From positions 8,432 to 72,431 of the forward strand of contig CAYMIH010000001.1 in NCBI GenBank assembly GCA_964390585.1: a stretch of 64,000 nucleotides of DNA, given 5' to 3'. Below the pieces are notes generated by a model that saw only the letters and a program-made list of their open reading frames with translations, made no database searches and was not told the origin of the DNA. Positions 21,107-29,759 of this stretch are shown here, piece after piece. The stretch's first letter is position 1, and the number at the start of each line of letters is the position of its first letter. Origin of the DNA: an uncultured Alistipes sp. Its GTDB lineage: Bacteria; Bacteroidota; Bacteroidia; Bacteroidales; Rikenellaceae. A program made the position numbers and the translations under genes.

Positions 21107-22774
21107 CTATTCTGCCCGCAATATCTCTCCGTTGTCGGCCGCCACGGCGCGCTTCCACTTCTCGTTGTACCCGGGGAACTGTATCTTGTCGGGTATGTCG
21201 CGGCCGTTGCCATTGTCGACGAAGTGCGACGCATTGCCGCCCTCGCCTATCACATATTCCAGCACGTCGGCATGCTCGCTCTTTACGTTGCCGTCCATAT
21301 ATTTGAGGAGCAAATATTTGTCCAGACGCGTCCAGTTGTCGAACATCGTCTGCGCCGTTCGGGTGGTGAAACGCGTCAGATGCTTTCGACGTGCCTTGTC
21401 CGACATGGCGGCCACGTCGGCGTCGACACCCGCCACTGCCTTGAGCATCGAGTTCTCCCAGAAATCCACCACGCGGCGTATGTCGGCCGACATCATGTCG
21501 TAACGCATGTATGCAAAATTCGTGACACGATTGAAGAGCCAGAAGGCCGACGTGGGCGAATACTCCAGCATCGAGCCGTTGCCCTCGGCCATGCACTCGG
21601 GCACCTCGGCGGTGTTGCAGTAAACGGGCGTCAGGCACGAGGTGGCGGCATCGTCCACGCCGAACCACAGAATGCCCGTCTTACCCTTGCGCGCCTGCCC
21701 CACGAGCCAGAATCCCGTCTGCTGCGTGGCCGTGGCCCGCTCGTTCACATAACTCTTGCCGTCCACCTCGAACGACATCGGACGCCAGCGGTAGGGAAGT
21801 CCGTGGCCGCCCGCTCCGAGGTCGGTCGTCATATCCATCGGAGTACCCTCGTAGTGGTCGCGCATGGCGTCGAACACCTCTTTGGGCGTGATATTGTGCG
21901 ACGGCTTCACCCACAGGGGCATGCGGTTGGCGGCATTGCGGCCCATGGCGTAATCGACGTATCGGTCCATGTCGTCGGCGAAGGTGCGGAAGAAGCTCCA
22001 CACGCGCGCCTCGCAGGCACGCATGGCGCTGAAATCGAGCGGCGCGTAAGCATCGCAGAACGAGAAATCGTCGTCGCTGCCCGTGTAGTATCCCTTTTCG
22101 CGCGCGAACGAGATCACGTCGTGAGCGTAGAGACAGTTCTCGGGATCGTCCTTGGGGAATGTGGTTATACGGGCTTGGTTGGCATGCGCGCAGATGTATC
22201 CGTCGGGAATGCGGCGGGCCACCCACACGATACCCTTGTTGTCGGGTCCCTTGCCGATCAACTCCATGATCCACGCCTCGTCGGCATCGGCTATGGAGAA
22301 GCTCTCGCCCTCCGAGGCATAGCCGTAGGTGTTGGCCAGCTCGACGATGGTGTCTATCGCCTCGCGTGCGGTGCGAGCCCGCTGCAAAGCGATGTAGATC
22401 AACGAACCGTAATCGATCTTGCCCGCGGGATCGGCCAGCTCGTGACGGCCGCCGTAGGTGGTCTCGGTTATGATGAGCGAATGCTCGTTCATGTTGCCCA
22501 CCGTGGAATAGGTGGTCGGCACCTGCGCTATGTCGCCCAGATACTTGCCCGTATCCCACTCATAGACGGGCATCGTGGCGGCCGCGCGTTTGGCAGGCGT
22601 GTACTTGTACAGGCATCCGTAGAGCTGGTGCGAATCGGCGGCGTAGGTCACCATTACCGATCCGTCGCTCGACGCGCCGCGCGTGATGATGAAATTGGTG
22701 CAGGCCGACGCGGGCGCGCTTGCGGCAGCAACGGCGGCGAGGGCCAATGCGAGATTTCTGAAAATTCGTTTCAT
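21107..22774 (-). CDS. C69 family dipeptidase (secreted Ntn hydrolase)
   Basis: Signal peptide followed by catalytic 'ACTN', 'NMNEH', 'GESFSIAD..EAWIME', 'HANQARI'. Confidence 0.87.
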   Translation of the reverse strand: MKRIFRNLALALAAVAAASAPASACTNFIITRGASSDGSVMVTYAADSHQLYGCLYKYTPAKRAAATMPVYEWDTGKYLGDIAQVPTTYSTVGNMNEHSLIITETTYGGRHELADPAGKIDYGSLIYIALQRARTAREAIDTIVELANTYGYASEGESFSIADADEAWIMELIGKGPDNKGIVWVARRIPDGYICAHANQARITTFPKDDPENCLYAHDVISFAREKGYYTGSDDDFSFCDAYAPLDFSAMRACEARVWSFFRTFADDMDRYVDYAMGRNAANRMPLWVKPSHNITPKEVFDAMRDHYEGTPMDMTTDLGAGGHGLPYRWRPMSFEVDGKSYVNERATATQQTGFWLVGQARKGKTGILWFGVDDAATSCLTPVYCNTAEVPECMAEGNGSMLEYSPTSAFWLFNRVTNFAYMRYDMMSADIRRVVDFWENSMLKAVAGVDADVAAMSDKARRKHLTRFTTRTAQTMFDNWTRLDKYLLLKYMDGNVKSEHADVLEYVIGEGGNASHFVDNGNGRDIPDKIQFPGYNEKWKRAVAADNGEILRAE

Positions 22775-22837
22775 TATGATTCCTAAATTAAGTTTTCGGT
22801 TTATGCCGACGCACTTCGCACGTGCGTTTCGACAAGC

Positions 22838-22917
22838 CAAAGTTAGGCAAAATAGCCGTAATGCAAAAGTTTTGAGGCGCAAGAATGACCGATTCCGTTT
22901 GGTTATGGTTATATTTG
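22838..22917. promoter_or_regulatory. Divergent promoters (C69 peptidase and GH-like gene)
   Basis: TAACTTTG on minus at 22838-22845; TATATTTG on plus at 22910-22917. Confidence 0.6.
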
Positions 22918-22940
22918 CAAAGCACTAACCCGTAAATATC

Positions 22941-24734
22941 ATGAAAAAAACATACGCATCGATACTCGCCGCACTCTTAGCGCTCGGCCCGCTCTGTCTT
23001 TCGGCACAGAACTACGGCAACGGGCTGCCCGCCACCGACGCCCTCGGGCGACGGCTTCCCGACAGCGATACGGCGGGACCGCCGCGCAGGAAGTTCGTGG
23101 GGCTTTTCTACTGGACATGGCACAACAACTTCGCCGATCTGCAACCCTACACTCCGACATCCGTCATCACCGCGCATCCCGACGCCGCCCGCGATTACGA
23201 CCACGAGGCGTGGCCCGCAGGGATTCACACCTATTTTTGGGGCGAACCGCTGTTCGGCTTCTATCGCAACACCGACCGCTGGGTTCTGCGCAAGCATGCC
23301 GAGATGCTGGCCGACGCGGGTGTCGACGTGCTCTTTTTCGACTGCACCAACGGGTCGTTCACGTGGCGCGAATCCTACCGCGCGTTATGCGAAGTCTTCG
23401 CCGAGGCACGGCGCGACGGGGTGAATACTCCGCAGATAGCCTTCATGCTCGCGTTCGGCCCCTCCGAGGGGAGCCGCGCGGCCATAAAGGAGATATACGA
23501 AGACCTCTACAAACCCGCCGAGTACGAGGAGCTTTTCTTTAAGTGGGACGGCAAACCGCTTATCATGGCCTATCCCGAGATGCTCGGCGACGTCGAGGGC
23601 GACGATGCCGCTACCCGACTGCATCGCGAGATCCGCGAATACTTCACGTTCCGTCCCGGGCAACCCGTCTACAACGTCGGTCCGCAGCGTCCCGACCATT
23701 GGGGATGGCTCGAAATATGGCCGCAGCACGGCTTCGCGCCCAAGCCCGACGGCGGATTCGAGCAGGCGGTGGTCGGAGTGGCGCAGAACTGGACCGCGGC
23801 GCGGGGGCTCAGCGCCATGAATGCCGAAGGGGCTTTCGGACGCAACTACACCGCCGCGAACGGGCATGCCTCGTCGCCCGATGCGGAGCAGTACGGGCTC
23901 AATTTCCAAGAGCAATGGGATCGGGCGCTGGAGATCGATCCCGATTTCATATTCATCACGGGTTGGAACGAATGGGTGGCGGGGCGTCACCGCGAATGGA
24001 GCGGACTTACGAATGCCTTTCCCGACCAGTTCGACACGGAACACAGCCGCGACATAGAGCCCATGCGGGGCGGCCACGGCGACAACTATTACTACCAGAT
24101 GGTGGCGAACATACGCCGTTTCAAGGGGATGTCCGAAGCCGATTGCGTCGGGTCGGCGCCGCGGCGCATACGCATCGACGGCCGTTTCTACGACTGGTGC
24201 GGCGTGAAGCCCGAATACAAGGCTTCGCGAGGCAATGCCATGCGCCGCGACAGCCGAGGCTGGGGCGACAAGGTGTATCGCGATTCGAGCGCGCGCAACG
24301 ACATAGTCGCCGCCAAGGTGGCGAGGGACGACCGTTACGTCTATTTCCTCGTGGAGTGCGCCGACGACATCACCCCGCCGAGCGGAGACGCTTGGATGCG
24401 GCTGTTCATCGATATCGACCGCGACCGATCGACGGGTTGGGAGGGATACGATTTCGTGGTAAGCCGCACGGCGACTGACGGCAAGGCCTCGGTGGAGCGT
24501 TCGCGCGGCGGATGGGCATGGGATCGTGTCGGCTCGGCGGATTTTCGCGTAGAGGGGCGCGCGATAGAGCTGCGCATACCCCGCAAGGTTCTCGGGTTGG
24601 ATCGGGTCGAGGGTTTCGAATTGGAGTTCAAGTGGGTCGACAACACGCAGCGCGACGGGGATATCAACGATTTCTGGATAAGCGGCGACTGCGCGCCCGC
24701 GGGGAGGTTCAATTATTTGTATAAATCGAAGTAA
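22941..24734 (+). CDS. Secreted putative glycoside hydrolase (GH99/GH71-like TIM barrel plus C-terminal beta domain)
   Basis: Signal peptide; 'VGLFYWTWH', 'WGEPLFGFY', 'AGVDVLFFD', 'ITGWNEW', 'SRDIEP'. Confidence 0.6.
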   Translation: MKKTYASILAALLALGPLCLSAQNYGNGLPATDALGRRLPDSDTAGPPRRKFVGLFYWTWHNNFADLQPYTPTSVITAHPDAARDYDHEAWPAGIHTYFWGEPLFGFYRNTDRWVLRKHAEMLADAGVDVLFFDCTNGSFTWRESYRALCEVFAEARRDGVNTPQIAFMLAFGPSEGSRAAIKEIYEDLYKPAEYEELFFKWDGKPLIMAYPEMLGDVEGDDAATRLHREIREYFTFRPGQPVYNVGPQRPDHWGWLEIWPQHGFAPKPDGGFEQAVVGVAQNWTAARGLSAMNAEGAFGRNYTAANGHASSPDAEQYGLNFQEQWDRALEIDPDFIFITGWNEWVAGRHREWSGLTNAFPDQFDTEHSRDIEPMRGGHGDNYYYQMVANIRRFKGMSEADCVGSAPRRIRIDGRFYDWCGVKPEYKASRGNAMRRDSRGWGDKVYRDSSARNDIVAAKVARDDRYVYFLVECADDITPPSGDAWMRLFIDIDRDRSTGWEGYDFVVSRTATDGKASVERSRGGWAWDRVGSADFRVEGRAIELRIPRKVLGLDRVEGFELEFKWVDNTQRDGDINDFWISGDCAPAGRFNYLYKSK

Positions 24735-24855
24735 TTGTTTATCCTCGGCGGCTGCGGGGGTCGCGCTTTGCGCGAGCCGCCGAGGATAGTAATGCCCATC
24801 GGGCATTACACCGAAATTTATATGCCCAATTCATCCGCAATCACGAATTATATGC

Positions 24856-24863
24856 TATATTTG
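24856..24863 (+). promoter_or_regulatory. -7 box for the lipoprotein gene
   Basis: TATATTTG. Confidence 0.55.
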
Positions 24864-24938
24864 TCCCGAATGCCGACGACCGTCATTCGGGGCCGCTACC
24901 CCCCCCCTAAAAAGCGGTGCGTTAATTATCAATCACTT

Positions 24939-26168
24939 ATGAGAAAAATTCTATTATTCGTCGCCACGTGCGTATTATGCGCCGCGTGCAGCGAATGCAG
25001 CTTGCAGCCCGACCCTCCGTTCGTGAGCGACATAGTGATGCCGACCGAGGTGTTCGATGCGGGCGACGAAGTGACGGTTGCGGCCGTCGGGTTCAGGGCC
25101 GACGATGCTATCTTCGTTCGGCATATTGATCCATCGACGCAGATGCAGGCCACGTTGCGGGCCGAGATTACAGAACTCACCGACAATTCGGTCTCGTTCA
25201 TCATGCCCGCAGGATATGCGGCAGGCGCGATCGAAGTACTTCTGTTCCGCGGCGACGAGCCTATGGTTCTCGGATCGATCGAGGTGTCGGACGGAAGATT
25301 GCCGACAAAGGCGTCGCTCTACGGATTGGGCCGCAACGAAGCGGGAAAGTTCGTCATATACGATATCGACACGGCAACGGGAACGGTGTCGGAAAAGGTC
25401 GTATGCCCTCATGCGCTCGACGGTGCAGTGACCCGTCCGTCGACGAACCGAATCTTCGGCACGGACCGCACCGACGAACAGACGGTGATTTCGGGATACG
25501 ATTTCACCATGCGACGACACCTCGCGGTGGAATGCGGCGAAGAGATCTCGAATTGCATCATCGGCATGTTTGGAGCCACATTGTTGCCTCTGCGCATGGA
25601 GGACGATATGCGAATCAGACTGATCGCCGCCAACCCTACCATCTCTCGCAGCCAACCGCCGCAAAAACGCTATCTGACGGGGCAGAATATTCCCGACGAC
25701 GTGGTTGCGGCGGAGTTTGCCGATGGCCGTTTCATATATCACGAAAAGGGTGCGCTTTTGACGAAGATGTCGGTGACGACCGCCGACGGCAGAAAATATA
25801 CGACTCTCGCCGCGCTCTGGATTCCTTTTTATGTCTGGACTTTAGGTGAGCCTGCGGACGATACGGGCGATATGCTGTTGGTTTCTTCTCCCCAAACGCA
25901 ATACATCGTTACGGTAAAGGGTGAGCGAAGCATTGTGTGCGCCGTATCCGTTTCCGAGACGACATTGCAGCCGACGACGGGTGTCGCATCGGGCCTTATA
26001 GCAAGCAAAGCGATATCGGGCGCATACGACGAAGCTACGGGAGGCCTATTCCTGCTTACCGAAGCCGACGGGACGAAAACGCTGGGTAAATTTACGCCTG
26101 CCGACGGTCGCTATAAAGAAATTTGCGATGTCCCGAACGGCATCGTGCAGATTCTGTCGGTAAGATAG
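24939..26168 (+). CDS. Putative lipoprotein (Ig-like N-domain, beta-rich C-domain)
   Basis: Lipobox-like 'VLCAAC' after ATG 24939; no catalytic motif recognised. Confidence 0.55.
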   Translation: MRKILLFVATCVLCAACSECSLQPDPPFVSDIVMPTEVFDAGDEVTVAAVGFRADDAIFVRHIDPSTQMQATLRAEITELTDNSVSFIMPAGYAAGAIEVLLFRGDEPMVLGSIEVSDGRLPTKASLYGLGRNEAGKFVIYDIDTATGTVSEKVVCPHALDGAVTRPSTNRIFGTDRTDEQTVISGYDFTMRRHLAVECGEEISNCIIGMFGATLLPLRMEDDMRIRLIAANPTISRSQPPQKRYLTGQNIPDDVVAAEFADGRFIYHEKGALLTKMSVTTADGRKYTTLAALWIPFYVWTLGEPADDTGDMLLVSSPQTQYIVTVKGERSIVCAVSVSETTLQPTTGVASGLIASKAISGAYDEATGGLFLLTEADGTKTLGKFTPADGRYKEICDVPNGIVQILSVR

Positions 26169-26188
26169 CGGAGCTGCCTATTCTTCGG

Positions 26189-26217
26189 AAAGCCGCACAT
26201 GCGTTGTGCGGCTTTTT
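26189..26217 (+). terminator. Terminator after the lipoprotein gene
   Basis: AAAGCCGCACA/TGTGCGGCTTTTT. Confidence 0.72.
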
Positions 26218-26237
26218 CTATCGCGTTACGACGATCT

Positions 26238-26328
26238 CGGGCGGCAGCCTGCGGAGCACGCGAACGAGCGAATGCAAGTTGCGGGCCTCCGCGGGGCAGG
26301 CTGAGGCCCGCACGACTCTGACGAGTCG
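26238..26328 (+). repeat. Dispersed palindromic element, subfamily B, copy B2
   Basis: Near-identical to B4. Confidence 0.92.
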
Positions 26329-26385
26329 TTATTTCTTTAGTTTCGAAAAAAACAGTAATTTTACGGTGTCAAAACAGATTTTGCA

Positions 26386-27045
26386 ATGTCTATCGAGAAT
26401 AAAATAGCAGCCATCCGCCGAACCCTGCCCGCGGGTGTGGACTTGGTGGCGGTATCGAAATATCATCCTGCCGAGGCGATCCGCGAAGCCTACGACGCGG
26501 GACAGCGCATCTTCGGCGAGAACCGTCCGCAGGAGATGAAGGCCAAACACGAGATTCTGCCGCACGATATAGAGTGGCGCATGATAGGTCATTTGCAGAC
26601 CAACAAGGTGAAGTACATCGCCCCGTTCGTCGCGATGATAGAGTCGCTCGACAGCGAGCGTCTGGCAGCCGTCATAGACAAGGAGGCTGCGAAGTGCGGC
26701 CGCACGATAGATTGCCTGCTGGAGATACACGTGGCCGACGAGGATACCAAATCGGGCTGGGACTACGACGAACTGGCGGCATTCGTGCAGTCGGGAGGAT
26801 TCGGCGCATATCGCAACATCCGCATCCGCGGAGTGATGGGAATGGCCACCAACACCGACGACGAAACTGTCATCCGCCGCGACTTCATGCGTCTGGCCGA
26901 ATGCAAGCGCTCGCTCGCCGATCGGTTCGGGCCCGAGTTCGACACGTTGTCGATGGGCATGTCCGACGACTACCCCATCGCCATCGAGTGCGGCTCCACC
27001 GAGGTGCGTATCGGCTCCGATATCTTCGGGCCGCGGGAGTATTGA
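26386..27045 (+). CDS. yggS: PLP homeostasis protein YggS
   Basis: 'VAVSK', 'FGEN..QE', 'IGHLQTNKVK', 'LSMGMSDDY..AI..GST.VRIG'. Confidence 0.93.
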   Translation: MSIENKIAAIRRTLPAGVDLVAVSKYHPAEAIREAYDAGQRIFGENRPQEMKAKHEILPHDIEWRMIGHLQTNKVKYIAPFVAMIESLDSERLAAVIDKEAAKCGRTIDCLLEIHVADEDTKSGWDYDELAAFVQSGGFGAYRNIRIRGVMGMATNTDDETVIRRDFMRLAECKRSLADRFGPEFDTLSMGMSDDYPIAIECGSTEVRIGSDIFGPREY

Positions 27046-27048
27046 TAT

Positions 27049-27196
27049 CGACATTGCCCCGCAATGTCGGCAGTTCGCCGCCGCCCCACGCGGCGGACTG
27101 CTGCTCGCCCAAAGCTCGCGCACTCCGACCGCCGTCGGCGAACCGAAACGGTCTCGTCATAAAACGAGCGTTACGCCCACGCCGTCGGCGAACAGC
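27049..27196 (-). repeat. Dispersed palindromic element, subfamily A, copy A3 (plus an extra arm copy at 27180-27196)
   Basis: CAGTTCGCCGCCGCCCCACGCGGCGGACTGC is identical to A1; hairpin CGACATTGC-CCC-GCAATGTCG. Confidence 0.9.
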
Positions 27197-27268
27197 ATAC
27201 ATTAAACAAAATCCCCTTCGGCAGAACTATTCCGCGAAGGGGATCGTTGTTTCAGATAAAGCCTCGCT

Positions 27269-28339
27269 CTATCTCACCCGTATACGCTGGCCGATGCGCA
27301 GGATGGTGGTCTCCTTTATGCCGTTCAGCTGGCACAGCTTCTTCACCGTCGTATGGTTGTTTATGGCTATGCGCCCCAGCGTGTCGCCGCTCTTCACTAT
27401 GTGGTACTTGACGGCGGCGGCTTCGGCCGCTATCTTCTTGTCCTCCTCGGCGCTTTGCACCTCCTCGTCGAAATCCTGCGTGAAACGCGAATAGGGACTG
27501 AAGTAACTGCGCTTGAGCAGGAACGTCTCGCGGCGCAGCGTTCCCGTCGTGAAGTCGATCAGGCGCTCGGCGTCGAACGACTGCCCCTTGTAACGCACCT
27601 CGAAATGAAGATGGGGTCCCGTGCTGCGGCCCGTGTTTCCGCCGTAGCCTATCACCTGCCCCGCCGTCACCCACTGCTCGGGCTTCACGAGTATCTCCGA
27701 CAGGTGGCCGTAAAAGGTCTCCAGACCGTTGTCGTGGCGCAGCACGATCAGATTGCCGTACCCGCCTTTGTAATGTTGCGTGAGGCGCACCCGCCCGTCG
27801 AATACGGCATAGATGGGATCGCCTATCTTAAGTCCTATGTCGGTACCCTGATGAATGCCGCGGCGGCGAGGTCCGTATTTCGAATTGACGCGACCGACAT
27901 GCGGATAGTGGTAACTTTTGAGAGAATCGACGAGATCTATCACGAGCGATACTGGCAGATCCTTCAAATCCTTGCCGTAAGGTTGCAACTTGGTCGTATC
28001 CCAATCGGTGGTGAATACCGTGTCGTCGTCGGCCGAGATATCGCGGTTGCGCACATAACGCCACGTGTTGTCGTTGAACAACACGATGCTGAGACCTTCG
28101 CTCGACGAGGGGATGGTATCGACGACCAGCAAATTTTCGTCCAATGCGGGTCCCGACTCCAGCGGGACGCGGCGTATGACGACAGGGGCCGAGACCGAAT
28201 CCTTTTTCAAAGAATCGGGTTGTACGGTCAGGGTGTCGCGCAGAGCCATTTGTTCAGCCTCCTGTGCCGATACGGCGCATGCGGATACCAGAAACGAAAA
28301 TAAAAATGCTGTACGTAAATTCATTCGGTTTATCTTCAT
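27269..28339 (-). CDS. M23 family peptidase with C-terminal LysM domain
   Basis: 'HQGTD', 'GRSTGPHLHFE'; LysM 'YHIVKSGDTLGRIA'. Confidence 0.88.
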   Translation of the reverse strand: MKINRMNLRTAFLFSFLVSACAVSAQEAEQMALRDTLTVQPDSLKKDSVSAPVVIRRVPLESGPALDENLLVVDTIPSSSEGLSIVLFNDNTWRYVRNRDISADDDTVFTTDWDTTKLQPYGKDLKDLPVSLVIDLVDSLKSYHYPHVGRVNSKYGPRRRGIHQGTDIGLKIGDPIYAVFDGRVRLTQHYKGGYGNLIVLRHDNGLETFYGHLSEILVKPEQWVTAGQVIGYGGNTGRSTGPHLHFEVRYKGQSFDAERLIDFTTGTLRRETFLLKRSYFSPYSRFTQDFDEEVQSAEEDKKIAAEAAAVKYHIVKSGDTLGRIAINNHTTVKKLCQLNGIKETTILRIGQRIRVR

Positions 28340-28348
28340 CGGTTAAAA

Positions 28349-28930
28349 TTATTTATCATCATGTTCGCGCAACAGATCGTGCGCGCACTCCAGCGCTTTG
28401 TAAAACTCCTCGCCGAAACGGCGGATTATAGGTTCCCGCAGCGCTCGGTATATCGGGATGCCCGCCTTGCGGCCGCACTCCACGGCCGATCGGCACACAT
28501 GCCAGCGATGGTAGTTGAGCCCGTAGCTGCCGTTCGAAAAGCGCGCTACGCGTATCGGATAGAGGTGGCACGACACGGGTTTTATGAATCGGCAGCGTCC
28601 CTCGCGGTAGGCCCGCTCGATGGCGCAGAATGTAATGCCATTCTCGGTAAACGAGTAGGCGCACTCGGCGCCCCGCACCAGCGGCGTGGTGTAGTCGCCG
28701 TCGGCATCCACCACCATGAACCCCTGCTTTTCGACCTCGCGGCGCCCCTCCTCGGTCATGTAGGGTGCGTAGTTGGGATATTCGGCCTCCAACTCGTCCA
28801 CTTCGTCGATCTCCAGCGGCGCGCCCGCGTCGCCCTCCACGCAGCAGATGCCCTTGCATCGGCCGAGGTCGCAGGCGAAGCATTCGCGCAGAATATCGGC
28901 GCTCACTATTTTATCGTCTATCTCTATCAT
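28349..28930 (-). CDS. DUF3109 family protein
   Basis: 'CDL..CKG.CCVEGDAGAP', 'KPVSCHLYPIR'; start at ATG 28930. Confidence 0.85.
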   Translation of the reverse strand: MIEIDDKIVSADILRECFACDLGRCKGICCVEGDAGAPLEIDEVDELEAEYPNYAPYMTEEGRREVEKQGFMVVDADGDYTTPLVRGAECAYSFTENGITFCAIERAYREGRCRFIKPVSCHLYPIRVARFSNGSYGLNYHRWHVCRSAVECGRKAGIPIYRALREPIIRRFGEEFYKALECAHDLLREHDDK

Positions 28931-28937
28931 CTTTTCG

Positions 28938-29756
28938 TCAAGGGTTATAAATGTCCTTGTAACGAAACTCCAGAATCTCCTGCGCCATTTCGATGAACTG
29001 CCGCGCCTCGGTGCAGGCGGGATCGATCTCGCGGGCACGGTTGAAGTCGTTGACGGCACTGCCCCACTCGTTGCGGCGGAAATAGCGCTTGCCGCGCTCC
29101 AGATGCAAAGCCGCGTTGTCGGACTCACGCTCGATGGCCGCCGTCAGGTCGGCTATGATTCGCGCGGGAGTCCACAACCCATGTTCCCGTATGTATTGCA
29201 GCACCCCGCCGTCGACTATGTCCGACACATCCTCGCCGCGCTCCAGCGCCTCGCGGATCTTCGTCGACGAGAAATCGTATTGCGGCGCATCGCCGAGCAC
29301 GGTGGTGCGAGCGGTGGTGAACTTCACTTCGGCATCGGGACGCGGGTAGACGTATATGTCGTAATCTGCGATTATGCTCTCGGCCTCGCGCCAACGGGGA
29401 AGCTGGTTTATGAGGTCGCTGCCCATCAGTATGGCGAAATCCATTTCGCTGCCGTAGTTCTCCGACAGGTGGCGCAGCGTGTTGATCGTGTACGACGGCT
29501 TGTCGAGCATGAACTCCACTACCGACGGGCGTATGCGCTCGGGATGGCGCGAATTGCGGCATGCGATCTCGGCCATCTCGAAGCGGTCGAACTCGGGAGC
29601 CTGCGTCCAGCTCTGTTTGAAGGGATTCTGCGGCGATACGATCAATGCCGCCTCGTCGCACAGATCGCGGTCGACGACATATTCCGCCAGCGCCGTATGT
29701 CCCTTGTGGATGGGGTTGAACGACCCGAAATAGAGCATCATCCGTTTCCTGCCCAT
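28938..29756 (-). CDS. nadD: Nicotinate-nucleotide adenylyltransferase with C-terminal TPR extension
   Basis: 'FGSFNPIHKGH', 'SPQNPFK', 'PSYTINTL', 'MGSD', 'SSTKIR', then a TPR-like tail. Confidence 0.9.
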   Translation of the reverse strand: MGRKRMMLYFGSFNPIHKGHTALAEYVVDRDLCDEAALIVSPQNPFKQSWTQAPEFDRFEMAEIACRNSRHPERIRPSVVEFMLDKPSYTINTLRHLSENYGSEMDFAILMGSDLINQLPRWREAESIIADYDIYVYPRPDAEVKFTTARTTVLGDAPQYDFSSTKIREALERGEDVSDIVDGGVLQYIREHGLWTPARIIADLTAAIERESDNAALHLERGKRYFRRNEWGSAVNDFNRAREIDPACTEARQFIEMAQEILEFRYKDIYNP

Positions 29757-29759
29757 GCC

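Noticed and set aside
20105-22786. 893-aa + strand ORF spanning lpdA and the C69 peptidase
   Set aside because: Codon-aligned shadow of two real minus-strand genes that happen to share a frame; composition is not protein-like.
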